Shown: positions 15,562-25,247 of the stretch, piece after piece
Numbering within the stretch: position 1 is the stretch's first letter
Layout: each line of letters starts with the position of its first letter
Source of the DNA: a virus
Reading direction: 5' to 3' (one strand)
IMG/VR virus record: IMGVR_UViG_3300018059_000011
Span: 1 to 64,000 of that record
Length of the DNA stretch: 64,000 nt
Position numbers and translations under genes: made by a program
The notes under the pieces: generated by a model
The model's input: only the letters and a program-made list of their open reading frames with translations
What the model was told of the DNA's origin: nothing
The model's database searches: none

Positions 15562-16188
15562 ATGGAAAACATTTTTGATTACCCTGGTCTCTACATGATC
15601 GAAGCTCCGAATGGCAAGCGGTACATCGGCGTAGCTGGCAATTCGTTTCGCAAGCGCTTTTCGACTCATGTTGCTCAGGCCAAAGCGGGCAAGAGAAGTT
15701 CTATCGGTGCGGCGATTCGTAAATTCGGCGTATCGGCCATGAAGTTCATTCCGCTTGTGGTCTGCGCCGACAAAGACGAATTGATGGCACTTGAAATCCG
15801 TGCTATTGCGGTATACGATACGATGCTCCCGCATGGGCTCAATCGTTCACCCGGCGGCACCGTAACCTCAGAAGCGACGAAGGCGAGGCCTTCGCGAAAG
15901 CTGCGGGGTCGGGTGATGAATCCGGCATGGCGGTCGAAGCTCGGCAAGAATCGTAAGGCCGTTACCGTCGAAGGGATTCTGTATCCCTCGGTGAAAGCTG
16001 CTGGCGCTGCTTTCGGTCTGGGCCGTGTGGGCGCCAGGAACAGATTTGAGTCGGCCAATTATACAACTTGGATTATGCCGGGTCTTGCGAAAGTTGAAAA
16101 GGGCCACGCTCCCTGGACTGGAAGGCCGAAAGGCTCCAGTGACAAGCAGCCGCGTAGCCCCGGACGTTGGCCCGTTGTTGTAGTATGA
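15562..16188 (+). CDS. GIY-YIG-like homing endonuclease
   Basis: GLYMI...KRYIG...R...H; E..AI..YDT..PHGLN..PGG; C-terminal VEGILYPSVKAA helix-turn-helix-like repeat. Confidence 0.8.
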   Translation: MENIFDYPGLYMIEAPNGKRYIGVAGNSFRKRFSTHVAQAKAGKRSSIGAAIRKFGVSAMKFIPLVVCADKDELMALEIRAIAVYDTMLPHGLNRSPGGTVTSEATKARPSRKLRGRVMNPAWRSKLGKNRKAVTVEGILYPSVKAAGAAFGLGRVGARNRFESANYTTWIMPGLAKVEKGHAPWTGRPKGSSDKQPRSPGRWPVVVV

Positions 16189-16207
16189 TGTGGAGGAGAT
16201 CGTTCTG

Positions 16208-16732
16208 ATGAAAAATCGTCTGACTCAAGGATACGGGCCGTTCGCGGTTCACTTCTATGGCATGGACCGACGCGAGATTCGTCGCGCGCAGGAGATGGCT
16301 AAAGTTCTTCGCCGCGAATACTCCAGCGACAAGAAAAATTCGCGCAAGGCCGATTACATTGACGCGGCGGTTCTGCACGCGCGCTGGATTTGGTGGCCGC
16401 CGCTTCGCGAGAAGTACCGGCAGCAGGCCGATGACGCCCTCGCGGGGCTGACGCCAATCGAGAAAATCTCGGTCGGGCTTTTGAATCCCGACAATCTGGT
16501 CATCAGCGACATGCAGTCCCGGTACACGACCTGGATGCTGCTCAGGAAGTACCCGCCGCTGGCCGACCGGGTGCTCGGATGGGCCGATGACGCCCGGTGC
16601 TGGGTGGCTGGAGTCCCCGGTCGGGTGCGTGCGTGGCGCAATGCGTTCTACTGGAAGAGGATTTGGCCGGTCCAGAGGAACGCCAAGACCGCGTTTTGGC
16701 GGGCCTATTACCGGCTTTCTGCCTGCTTGTGA
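16208..16732 (+). CDS. Hypothetical Trp/Arg-rich protein
   Basis: RBS GGAGGAG; lies between the endonuclease and portal genes. Confidence 0.65.
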   Translation: MKNRLTQGYGPFAVHFYGMDRREIRRAQEMAKVLRREYSSDKKNSRKADYIDAAVLHARWIWWPPLREKYRQQADDALAGLTPIEKISVGLLNPDNLVISDMQSRYTTWMLLRKYPPLADRVLGWADDARCWVAGVPGRVRAWRNAFYWKRIWPVQRNAKTAFWRAYYRLSACL

Positions 16733-16768
16733 CTTGACAAATCTGGCTAAAACGACGAGACTGTGGTA

Positions 16769-18298
16769 ATGGCGACAAACTCCTCAAAAACCGATCCTTC
16801 ACTCGACCCCTCGACGCCGAGCCCGTCCTATATCGCGATGGTGCCGAAATGGGTGATGATCCAAACGCTGCTCGACGGGACCGCCGCGATGCGGCAGGCC
16901 GGTGAAGACTACCTTCCCCGGCACGAGGAGGAGAGCCCCACCAATTATTCCGAGCGCCTGAGCAAGACTACGCTCTACAACATGACCGAGTTGACGCTCG
17001 ACAGCCTCGTCGGTAAACCCTTCGTCAAACCCATCAAGTTGAACTCGGACGTTCCCGCCGCAATCGCCGCGATCACCCCAAATATCGACATGCAGGGGAC
17101 CGACATCAATTCGTTCTCCCGCGAGTGGATGCGTATCGCCATTGCCAAGGGATTCGCGCACGCCTATGTCGATATGCCGGTTCTTACCGAGGCCGACAAG
17201 GTGAATCGCACCAAGGAACAGGACAATGCCGAGAACCGGCGCCCGTATTGGCGCCTGATTCATCCCGAGCATTTGCTGTTCGCGCACGCCGAGATCGAGA
17301 ACGGTGTCGAGCGGCTCACGCATGTTCGCATTCTCGAATGCTACACCGAACTTGTTGGATTCGCCGAGATCGAGAAGCGTCGCATCCGCGTCATCACGCC
17401 GGGCGCATTCGAGGTTTGGGAGCAACAGGAAGTCAGGGTCAAGGGATCGAAAAAGACCCGCATCGAATGGGCGAAGACCGAGTTCGGGGCCTACGATCTC
17501 CCCTACATTCCGCTCATCACGTTCTACGCCAACCGCACCGGCTTCATGATGGCGAAACCACCGTTGGAAGACCTTGCGTACCTGAACATCCGGCATTGGC
17601 AGTCCACTTCCGACCAGATCAGCATCTTGACGGTCGCGCGTTTTCCGATTCTGGCCGTGGCCGGTGCTCATGACCAGACCGGCGATACCATGCGGATCGG
17701 CCCGAAGCAATTGCTCGCGACCATCGACCCAAATGGCCGGTTCTACTATGTCGAGCACAAGGGCGAAGCCATCAAAGCGGGCAAGGAAGACTTGGCCGAT
17801 CTCGTTGAGGCAATGGCGTCGTATGGCGCCGAGTTTCTTCGGAAGAAGGTTGGTGGGAGGACGGCTACCGAGCGGGCGCTTGATACCGCCGAGACCATGA
17901 GCCCATTGAAGGACATGACCAATCGTTTTGCGTCGTGCATCGCCCAGGCTTTGAAGATCACCGCCGACTGGCTGAAGTTGCCGACCGGCGGCACCGTCAA
18001 GATCGACACCGATCTGACTGAGGTCGTTGACGATCCGGCTTCGCTCCAGGCGCTTGTTGCCGCGCGTAAGTCCGGCGACATCTCTTGGGAAACTTTCATT
18101 CAGGCGCTCATCATCCACGGGGTCATCGACGATGATCTCAATCTCGAAGATGAGAAGGCGCGGGTTGAACTTGAATCGAAGGTAGCTATGAAGGCCGCCG
18201 CCGATTTGGCTAAACAAGCGGCCAAGGATAAGGCCGCAGCGCAGGGCGCTCCTCCAGACAACACGCAGGTACAAGATCAGAACATCACAGCGGCGTAA
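16769..18298 (+). CDS. Portal protein (DUF4055 type)
   Basis: GTAAMRQAGEDYLP...YSERL...LYN; PPLEDLAYLNIRHWQSTSD; position after terL. Confidence 0.9.
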   Translation: MATNSSKTDPSLDPSTPSPSYIAMVPKWVMIQTLLDGTAAMRQAGEDYLPRHEEESPTNYSERLSKTTLYNMTELTLDSLVGKPFVKPIKLNSDVPAAIAAITPNIDMQGTDINSFSREWMRIAIAKGFAHAYVDMPVLTEADKVNRTKEQDNAENRRPYWRLIHPEHLLFAHAEIENGVERLTHVRILECYTELVGFAEIEKRRIRVITPGAFEVWEQQEVRVKGSKKTRIEWAKTEFGAYDLPYIPLITFYANRTGFMMAKPPLEDLAYLNIRHWQSTSDQISILTVARFPILAVAGAHDQTGDTMRIGPKQLLATIDPNGRFYYVEHKGEAIKAGKEDLADLVEAMASYGAEFLRKKVGGRTATERALDTAETMSPLKDMTNRFASCIAQALKITADWLKLPTGGTVKIDTDLTEVVDDPASLQALVAARKSGDISWETFIQALIIHGVIDDDLNLEDEKARVELESKVAMKAAADLAKQAAKDKAAAQGAPPDNTQVQDQNITAA

Positions 18299-18311
18299 TG
18301 GGGAGGCCCTA

Positions 18312-18884
18312 GTGACTGTAATCGCATATTCCACGAAGACGCGCATCATGGCTGCCGACAGCCGGTGCTCGAATGAAAACATGATGCACCTGACGAATTG
18401 CCGGAAGATTTTCCGGTTGGAGAACGGTGCGCTTCTTGGTACGTCCGGCGACAGCGATGACCGCGATGTTCGCGTGCTGTTGGCGAAGGCCACCCCACGT
18501 AACATGCCTTCGCGCTCCGCGCTCGCGGCATTGAAATGCTGCTTCCACGGCATCATGGTGTTCCCGAAGGGGCAGGTTTTCCTCGTCTGCATCGACTGGT
18601 ATGAGCACGAGGCCGAAGGTGAGTGGATGGCCGGTGTCGATCCGATCACCGACGAGATCATCGCCATCGGTCACGGCATGGAATACGCCTATGGAGTTCT
18701 CGAACACGGCGGGACTCCGCTCGAAGCGGTGCGTTGCGCGTGCAAGCGCGACACTACCTGCGCGTTGCCGATCCAATGGGAGAGCCTTGACGGCGACCGC
18801 AAGAGCGCAGATACTCCAGAAATCCCTGCTCCCGCTGCTCCTCCGGTGGCACCTGTTGTCGCCAAGCCCAAGAGGAAGAAGTGA
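18312..18884 (+). CDS. Ntn-hydrolase (proteasome beta/HslV-like) protein
   Basis: N-terminal (M)TVIAY, MAADSR, RKIF, GTSGD, AIGHG.EYAYG motifs. Confidence 0.75.
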   Translation: MTVIAYSTKTRIMAADSRCSNENMMHLTNCRKIFRLENGALLGTSGDSDDRDVRVLLAKATPRNMPSRSALAALKCCFHGIMVFPKGQVFLVCIDWYEHEAEGEWMAGVDPITDEIIAIGHGMEYAYGVLEHGGTPLEAVRCACKRDTTCALPIQWESLDGDRKSADTPEIPAPAAPPVAPVVAKPKRKK

Positions 18885-19453
18885 ACGCGGTAGCGAAACG
18901 CGAAAGCTCGCAGATCGTAATTGCTAAAAAGAAGCGGAAGGCATTTCTCGCGCTTTTGGCTACGACCGGCAATGCGATCAAGGCCGCGCAAGCGGTGGGC
19001 TATAAAGACACTCGCGAACTCAACAAGTATCGTCATCAGGATGCCGAGTTTTCCCGTGAGTGGGACGAGGCCGTCAATGCCGCTGCCGACATGCTGGAGG
19101 CAGAGGCATGGCGCCGTGCTCACGATGGAGTTGACGAACCCCAGTTTTACAAGGGCGAAATTTGCGGTCACGTCACGCGATACAGCGACACCTTGCTCGT
19201 GAAGTTGTTGCAAGCTTTGCGGCCCGAGAAGTTCCGCGATGCGACCGTGCATCATACCGGCGAGATCACCCATAAGATCGGCGTCGCTTTGCTTCCGACT
19301 ACGGCCAAGAGCGCCGTCGATTGGGAGAAGGAATCTTTGGCGATGCACGAAAACCAAAAGTCTCTGCCAGCGCCAGCCGGATTTGATCCCCCGAGGCCAA
19401 AGCCAGAGCCCGTCATCATCGACGCAAAGGCCACCGAAATTAAACGGGGTTGA
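18881..19453 (+). CDS. terS: Terminase small subunit
   Basis: AFLALLATTGN...AA..VG HTH; D.LEAEAWRRA.DGVDEP.FYKGE..G.V..YSDTLL..LL...RPEKF. Confidence 0.75.
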   Translation: MNAVAKRESSQIVIAKKKRKAFLALLATTGNAIKAAQAVGYKDTRELNKYRHQDAEFSREWDEAVNAAADMLEAEAWRRAHDGVDEPQFYKGEICGHVTRYSDTLLVKLLQALRPEKFRDATVHHTGEITHKIGVALLPTTAKSAVDWEKESLAMHENQKSLPAPAGFDPPRPKPEPVIIDAKATEIKRG

Positions 19454-19479
19454 CAATTCGTCGTTAACCATGCTACGGT
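19450..19479 (+). promoter_or_regulatory. Promoter with TTAACCAT in its spacer
   Basis: TTGACA-N18-TACGGT; TTAACCAT at 19464-19471. Confidence 0.55.
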
Positions 19480-19524
19480 TATGACGTTGATGTAGTTGTG
19501 CGAACGAGCGAGAGGCCGAGCACG

Positions 19525-19788
19525 ATGTCCCGTTTGAAGACGATCCAGAGGAAAAACCTCCCCCAGTCATCTTTCGCTCTCCACGGAGTTCGTGGAAAGA
19601 GCGGTATGAACATGGCCGGTAAGGGGGCTTATCCGATTCCAGACATCTCACACGCCCGCGACGCCCTGAGTCGAGTTTCCGCCAATGGAACTCCGACCCA
19701 GAAGAAGGAAGTCGCTCGTGCGGTGGCCCGGAAGTATCCGGCTCTCGCCGCGCGCTCAGCTTTCATCAAGAAAGAGCTTCACGGCTAA
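19525..19788 (+). CDS. Small basic head-region protein
   Basis: RKNLPQSSFAL...YPIPDISHARDALSRV motif seen in phage head modules. Confidence 0.7.
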   Translation: MSRLKTIQRKNLPQSSFALHGVRGKSGMNMAGKGAYPIPDISHARDALSRVSANGTPTQKKEVARAVARKYPALAARSAFIKKELHG

Positions 19789-19843
19789 TCACCGTGCGGG
19801 TATTGAGAAACGCCTACCAACCACTTTGAGGAGGATGAACCCT

Positions 19844-20683
19844 ATGGCATGGGATTTCGGAGCCAATCAAGTTGTCGAGACCGTCGATGGAGTGCCGGAG
19901 CAATACCGCCCGCTGTACGTCCAGAACGCGGAGAACAAATTCGTCATCGACGAAAAGTTCAAGCCGTTGGTGACCGATTACGTCGGCGTCAGCAAGGTGC
20001 TCAATGACGAGCGCAACAAGGTCAAGAACCTGAACGCCGAGAACACCCAGCGTCGGCAGGCCGTCAAAGCCTACGAGGACTTGGTGACTGAACTCGGCAT
20101 CGAGACCAAGGACGGCGACAATCCCATCGAGCTTCTGAAGAGTCACGTTTCCGGTCTCGCCGAGAAGATCAAGAACGGCGGCGAACTGAAGGTCAATCTC
20201 GAAAATCTGCGGAAGCAGTTCGAGGGCCAATTGCAGACCGAGCGTGGCAATGCCACGCGCGATCTCGCGACAATGACCGCTTCGCTGTCGCGCTATCTGG
20301 TGGGCCGTGAGGCCACTGCCGCGATCTCTTCGGAGAAGGGCGCCATTCAATTGCTGATGCCGCACATCCAAGGTCACTGCAAGGTGGTCAAGGAAGGCGA
20401 AGACTACGTGGCGCGTGTCACCGATGACAACGGCGAATACCGGATGAATACCGCCGGGGGTTTCATGACCGTGCCGGAGTTCGTGAAGGAACTGAAGGCA
20501 ACGAAGGATTTTGCTCGCGCATTCGACAGCGAAGCTCCGGCAGGCGCGGGCGTTCGCCCCGGCTCCGCGAACGAGCGTCGTCCCGCGCAAGCGCGTCCGG
20601 TCGTGGACCAGAAGGAAATGACCGCCGCGCAGAAGATCGCCGCCGGTTTGAAAGCTGGCGTCGCCGAGATGGGACGCCGGTAA
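19844..20683 (+). CDS. Capsid scaffolding protein
   Basis: RBS GAGGAGG; coiled-coil; position before the capsid gene; C-terminal AAQKIAAGL. Confidence 0.8.
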   Translation: MAWDFGANQVVETVDGVPEQYRPLYVQNAENKFVIDEKFKPLVTDYVGVSKVLNDERNKVKNLNAENTQRRQAVKAYEDLVTELGIETKDGDNPIELLKSHVSGLAEKIKNGGELKVNLENLRKQFEGQLQTERGNATRDLATMTASLSRYLVGREATAAISSEKGAIQLLMPHIQGHCKVVKEGEDYVARVTDDNGEYRMNTAGGFMTVPEFVKELKATKDFARAFDSEAPAGAGVRPGSANERRPAQARPVVDQKEMTAAQKIAAGLKAGVAEMGRR

Positions 20684-20714
20684 GAGCATCAAGAGTTCAG
20701 CGGGGGAGAGTAAG

Positions 20715-20743
20715 AACGGGCGGCGGTGTCGCCCGTTTTTTTT
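20715..20743 (+). terminator. Rho-independent terminator
   Basis: AACGGGCGGC-GGT-GTCGCCCGTT followed by a T run. Confidence 0.8.
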
Positions 20744-20756
20744 AGGGGCATTGCTA

Positions 20757-21083
20757 ATGGCCGACAGGAATAAAGCAGAGCGCGAGAAGCGCTATCGCAA
20801 GGAACTTCTTGCTAAAGACCCCGATGCTCTGAATCGTCTTAATCGAGCATCATTCAAGCGCCGACTCGAACAACAGGCTGGCCGTCCGCGTCCAGATGTG
20901 TGTGATATTTGTTCTAATTCCAATGACGACGACGCTCCTATGGTGTTTGACCACGATCATGAAACTGGAAAATTTCGAGGGTGGGTTTGCAGCAAATGTA
21001 ATTGGGCTTTGGGCCTTCTCAGGGACAACATCGAGATTGCATTGAACATCGCGTTGTATCTTGAGCGAAGTCGCAGGGGTTGA
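20757..21083 (+). CDS. Endonuclease VII-like homing endonuclease
   Basis: AGRPRPDVCDIC...FDHDHETGKFRGWVCSKCN; close paralog of 3792. Confidence 0.85.
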   Translation: MADRNKAEREKRYRKELLAKDPDALNRLNRASFKRRLEQQAGRPRPDVCDICSNSNDDDAPMVFDHDHETGKFRGWVCSKCNWALGLLRDNIEIALNIALYLERSRRG

Positions 21084-21276
21084 CTTATTAACTATGCTCA
21101 TGTAAGGATAGAGTTGATCCAGGGAGTACGCGCGAGGCGGAAACGGGATCAACCGAAGGAAGATTTTCTACGGGAGAGCCGCAGAAAATCGCGATGAAGA
21201 CGCCGAGAAGGCGATCCTTGAAAGCGATTTTGAGTTTTGTGGTTCTGCATTCAAGTCCCAACCGTGGAGAAGACCG

Positions 21277-22248
21277 ATGGCTTCCGTTACCCTTCCTGAA
21301 TCCGGCAAATTGGCCCAGAACGCGCTCATCGCGGGCGTGATCGAGTCCGTGGTCACCGTGGACAACTTCTACGAAATCCTTCCGTTCGATGAGGTAGAGG
21401 GCAACGCCCTGGCCTACAATCGCGAAGCGACCCTGGCCCCTGTGGCGACGGTCGGCGTGGGCGACACCGATGGTGACATCGGCGCAGGCGTTAGCTCCGG
21501 CTCCAACCAAGCCGAGCGTACCGCCGCGAAGGACGCCGCGACCTTCGACCAGATCACTTCGTCTCTCACGACCATCATGGGCGACGCCGAAATCAACGGG
21601 CTCATCCAGACGACTCGTTCGGGCGACAACGACCAGACCGCGACGCAGATTGCGTCGAAGGCGAAGTCGGCTGGCCGCAAGTACCGCGACCTGCTCATCA
21701 ACGGCGACGCGACGAACTATACGTTCGCCGGTTTGCTGGCCCTCTGCGCCGCGACTCAGAAGGTCAACACCGGGAACAACGGCGGCGCGCTGTCCTTCGA
21801 GTTCATGGACGCCCTGATCGACCAAGTGACCGACAAAGACGGTCAGGTGGACTATATCACCATGCCACGGCGCACCGTGCGTAGCTATTACGCTCTGCTC
21901 CGCGCGCTGGGTGGCGCCTCCATCAACGATGCGGTCGAGCTTCCTTCGGGCGCCGAAGTTCCGGCGTACCGGAAGATTCCGATCTTCTCGAACGACAACA
22001 TTCCGACTACCCAGACGAAGGGCACGACCGCTGGAACGACCACGACCATCATGGCCGGGACTTTGGACGATGGTTCCCGTCAGCACGGCATCGCCGGTCT
22101 GACCGCCGCTGGAAATGCCGGTATGCACGTTCAGGATGTCGGCGTCAGCCAGACGAAGGACGAGCACATCTGGCGCGTGATCTGGTACGTGGGTCTGGCC
22201 CTGTTCTCCGAACTCGGCTTGGCTGCGGCTCCGGGCATCACGAACTAA
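21277..22248 (+). CDS. Major capsid protein (YuA-like)
   Basis: MASVTLPESGKLAQNALIAGVIE...LPFDEVEGNALAYNRE; strong codon bias; follows the scaffold gene. Confidence 0.92.
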   Translation: MASVTLPESGKLAQNALIAGVIESVVTVDNFYEILPFDEVEGNALAYNREATLAPVATVGVGDTDGDIGAGVSSGSNQAERTAAKDAATFDQITSSLTTIMGDAEINGLIQTTRSGDNDQTATQIASKAKSAGRKYRDLLINGDATNYTFAGLLALCAATQKVNTGNNGGALSFEFMDALIDQVTDKDGQVDYITMPRRTVRSYYALLRALGGASINDAVELPSGAEVPAYRKIPIFSNDNIPTTQTKGTTAGTTTTIMAGTLDDGSRQHGIAGLTAAGNAGMHVQDVGVSQTKDEHIWRVIWYVGLALFSELGLAAAPGITN

Positions 22249-22260
22249 GGGTTCATGCGA

Positions 22261-22284
22261 TGGGGCGGCTTCCAAGCCGCCCCA
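22261..22284 (+). terminator. Stem-loop after the capsid gene
   Basis: TGGGGCGGCTT-CC-AAGCCGCCCCA perfect inverted repeat; no U tract. Confidence 0.5.
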
Positions 22285-22323
22285 AAGCAATCGACCTATT
22301 CTCTTACGAAGGGGTCCGCCCTC

Positions 22324-23346
22324 ATGCCTGCTTTCGTCATCCAATTCCCCGATGAAAATTTCATGCCTGCACGCACGCTTGTCAATGGCGTCGAGGCTAT
22401 GGTAGTTTTTGCCGCGACTTCCGCCGACGCAATCGCTTTCGCCAAGGCCCAGTCGGGCAACGATGTCGATTCGATGTGGGACAACGCCGATGTCACCGAA
22501 GTGGCGGCACCCGACGATCTCGCTGGTTTCACTTTGCGCGCACAACTCTTCGCTCCTGACTCCGGCGGAACCCCGCTGGTCGATGAGAGCGCTTTCCCCG
22601 TAGTCGATGTCTCCATCCTTGTCGGCGACGCCGAATGGGAGAAGGCGGTCGGCACTCTCACGGGTGATACCGTCGCTACCCAAGTCGTATTGATTGGGAC
22701 GACGTATTATCAGTTTGTGGACGACTCGACGCCTAATGCCGGAAATGGCACTGTCGGTACTCCCTATCTCGTCGATAATCTCGCGAGTGACACGGATGCT
22801 TTCGCCAATCTCGTAAAGGCGATCAATGCGACGGGTGTTGCCGGAACTACCTATTCCACTGGACTTGTCGCACACGCGACTGTTGAGGCGCTGACTTCCG
22901 ATGCCACGACCCTGACCGTGCGGGCTCGTACTGGTGGTGCCGCTGGTGGTCTTATCGCGACAACGACCGGCGGTGATACCGACATCACTTGGGGCGCCAC
23001 CACGCTTGAAGGCGGCCAGGACTTGTCCACCGTCGATTCGGTCGCTCTCGCGATGGCGGCTGCTCTGAATGCCACCGATGAGATCGCGGGTGCCTCCTAC
23101 GACGATAGCGGTAATGTGCTGACTGTGGCCGAAACCACGGACAGCCTCGGCGATCACACGCTCGTCATCACGTTGACGCCGCCCGGCGCCCGCGATTCCG
23201 ATGACGAAGACGGCGCCCCGTTGTCGCTTCCAGGCTTCTTCGGAGCGACAGTGGATGGCGGCTCCTCGGGAGATGCTGTCACCGTCGAATTTGGAGCCGA
23301 TGACTACGATCTGCCAAAGTTCGTGGCCGGTTTCCAGCAGCTTTAA
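22324..23346 (+). CDS. Virion structural/decoration protein carrying the inserted ~124-aa module
   Basis: Paralog of 23362 plus an insert at 22645-23016. Confidence 0.8.
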   Translation: MPAFVIQFPDENFMPARTLVNGVEAMVVFAATSADAIAFAKAQSGNDVDSMWDNADVTEVAAPDDLAGFTLRAQLFAPDSGGTPLVDESAFPVVDVSILVGDAEWEKAVGTLTGDTVATQVVLIGTTYYQFVDDSTPNAGNGTVGTPYLVDNLASDTDAFANLVKAINATGVAGTTYSTGLVAHATVEALTSDATTLTVRARTGGAAGGLIATTTGGDTDITWGATTLEGGQDLSTVDSVALAMAAALNATDEIAGASYDDSGNVLTVAETTDSLGDHTLVITLTPPGARDSDDEDGAPLSLPGFFGATVDGGSSGDAVTVEFGADDYDLPKFVAGFQQL

Positions 23347-23361
23347 GAGAGGACTACTCTG

Positions 23362-23967
23362 ATGCCAGCCTATCTCGTTCAACTCCCAAGCGCCGAGGCT
23401 TCTCCAGGCCGCACGTTGGTCGATGGTGTGGACACGATGGTGGTCTTCGCCGCCGACGCCACTGATGCCAAGGCTGTTGCCAAGTCCCAGACCGATGGCG
23501 ATCTCGAGGCGCTGTGGGATGCCGCCACGGTGACTGAGATTGTCGCCGGGGCCGACCTGATTGGATGGACGCTTCGCATCGCGATGTCCGACGCTGATGT
23601 CAATCCCGACACGGGCGTCAAGGACACGATCTTTGATCTTTCGGTGGTCGGCGCGGGCGCCAACAACACCATCGACGAGATCGCGGCCCTTATGGTCACC
23701 GCCCTGAACGCCACTGCCCCGATTGCTGGCGCGGCCTATGATTCCAGCGGCCAAGTCCTGAAGATCGCGGATGACTCCGACAATCTCGGTAAGAACACCG
23801 TCATCGTCGAGTGGTATCCGCCAAACGCGCAACAGAATGTTCCGGTCCCTGGTCTCGTGGTCTCGATTGCCGATGGCGCCGTGTCGGATGCTACCGATGT
23901 TACGGTCACGTTCGCCGCCGATGCTTTCGTGGTTCCGGCTTCTGCGGGGTCGTTCAAAGCCTCATAA
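23362..23967 (+). CDS. Virion structural/decoration protein
   Basis: RTLVDGVDTMVVFAADATDA N-terminus shared with 22324; lacks the insert. Confidence 0.8.
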   Translation: MPAYLVQLPSAEASPGRTLVDGVDTMVVFAADATDAKAVAKSQTDGDLEALWDAATVTEIVAGADLIGWTLRIAMSDADVNPDTGVKDTIFDLSVVGAGANNTIDEIAALMVTALNATAPIAGAAYDSSGQVLKIADDSDNLGKNTVIVEWYPPNAQQNVPVPGLVVSIADGAVSDATDVTVTFAADAFVVPASAGSFKAS

Positions 23968-23992
23968 GCCTTGCACATCGGGGAGGATGTAA

Positions 23993-24622
23993 ATGGCTGC
24001 CTACGTCAGAGTGACTTTTGTGCTTACCGGGCCTGATCGCGGTAAGACGAAGAAAGTCAAGCATTATTCATTCGTCAACGGCGAATGCACGGTGGATGTC
24101 CCACGCACGGGGCTTGCCCACGCGGCCAATTATCTGTCATACTTCGCTTCGTACCTCAAGGGATCGCCGGAGCATCTGGCGGACCTTGCGGCAAGTGAGG
24201 AAGCAGTCAATGGCGTACTCGGTAACGCTCCAGCGGGTGTTCAGGTCGGTGATGCTGACTTCGTACAAAGTCCTGAGCATCGACAGGCCGGGCCGGTTCC
24301 CGCCGCGCAAGATGTCAACGGCGGCGTCCCAGGAGATCGTGAGGAAGGGCGGGAGCGGGCTTCCGATTCCACCACAGGGCTTGGACCACAAGACTCCGGG
24401 CTGGCAGGGAAACACGCCGAACCTTCGGGGCTGAATGTAAGCCCGTTGTCTCGGGCGATCACGGCTCTCGATCCCGAAGTCGATACCAATTGGACAGAAG
24501 GCGGCTTGCCCGCCATTGCCGCGCTGGCCGCGTTCGACCCGTCGCTTACGCGCAGGGTCATCAATGAGGCGGCGCCGGGTTGGAATCGCGCCAAGGCGCG
24601 AGACGCCGCATCGCTTCTCTGA
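23993..24622 (+). CDS. Hypothetical (probable virion) protein
   Basis: RBS GGAGG; C-terminal LDPEVDTNWTEGGLP...TRRVINEAAPGWNR. Confidence 0.7.
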   Translation: MAAYVRVTFVLTGPDRGKTKKVKHYSFVNGECTVDVPRTGLAHAANYLSYFASYLKGSPEHLADLAASEEAVNGVLGNAPAGVQVGDADFVQSPEHRQAGPVPAAQDVNGGVPGDREEGRERASDSTTGLGPQDSGLAGKHAEPSGLNVSPLSRAITALDPEVDTNWTEGGLPAIAALAAFDPSLTRRVINEAAPGWNRAKARDAASLL

Positions 24623-24697
24623 GCCGGGGTTGCGTACTCGACCCGGCATCGGATATACTCATCGAGTGACATGAACCATCCAATGGAGTGAACGACT

Positions 24698-25018
24698 ATG
24701 ACCCAGACCATTTTTCTTGTGACCCGTTCGGCTGCCATCGGCGGACCACTGGTCAACGGCGTGGTCGCCATTCTCATCAACCTGCTCGACAGTTCCACCG
24801 ATGCCGAAGTCATCGCCGCCGCAATCGCGCAAGCGAATAGGCAGGCGGGTGATACCGGCGCGAAGCCGTTTCCAGTGGCCGATGACGACGACAATGTGTC
24901 CGGGCATTATTTCGACACCGTGACCGTGATCGCCATCGGGTCGGCTCCGCTTAATGCTTCCACCGACGCCATCGTCATCGGATCGTTTGACGGCGCCGTC
25001 GAGATCGAGCAGGTCTAA
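24698..25018 (+). CDS. Small acidic virion protein
   Basis: RBS GGAG; promoter TTGCGT-N18-TATACT at 24630-24659. Confidence 0.7.
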   Translation: MTQTIFLVTRSAAIGGPLVNGVVAILINLLDSSTDAEVIAAAIAQANRQAGDTGAKPFPVADDDDNVSGHYFDTVTVIAIGSAPLNASTDAIVIGSFDGAVEIEQV

Positions 25019-25094
25019 TCCCCGCTGTCGTAACCGGCAGCCCCCGGCGGTCCACTGTGGCCGCCGGGTATCTCTTTAGCCGGGAGATTCCGAC

Positions 25095-25247
25095 GTGGCC
25101 GCGAAGATGAAGTCCGAACGGCAGGTTCGTTTCCTGCTCAGCAAAGTCAGCCCCCTCACCAAGAATCAGAAGCACAAGCTGGTGACCGAGCTTCATAGCG
25201 GTGCGGTCAAGATCAAGCACACGCCGAGTAAGACACGAGGCAAGTAA
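25095..25247 (+). CDS. Small basic protein
   Basis: Hand translation (V)AAKMKSERQVRFLLSKVSPLTKNQKHKLVTELHSGAVKIKHTPSKTRGK*; stop abuts the next ATG. Confidence 0.55.
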   Translation: MAAKMKSERQVRFLLSKVSPLTKNQKHKLVTELHSGAVKIKHTPSKTRGK

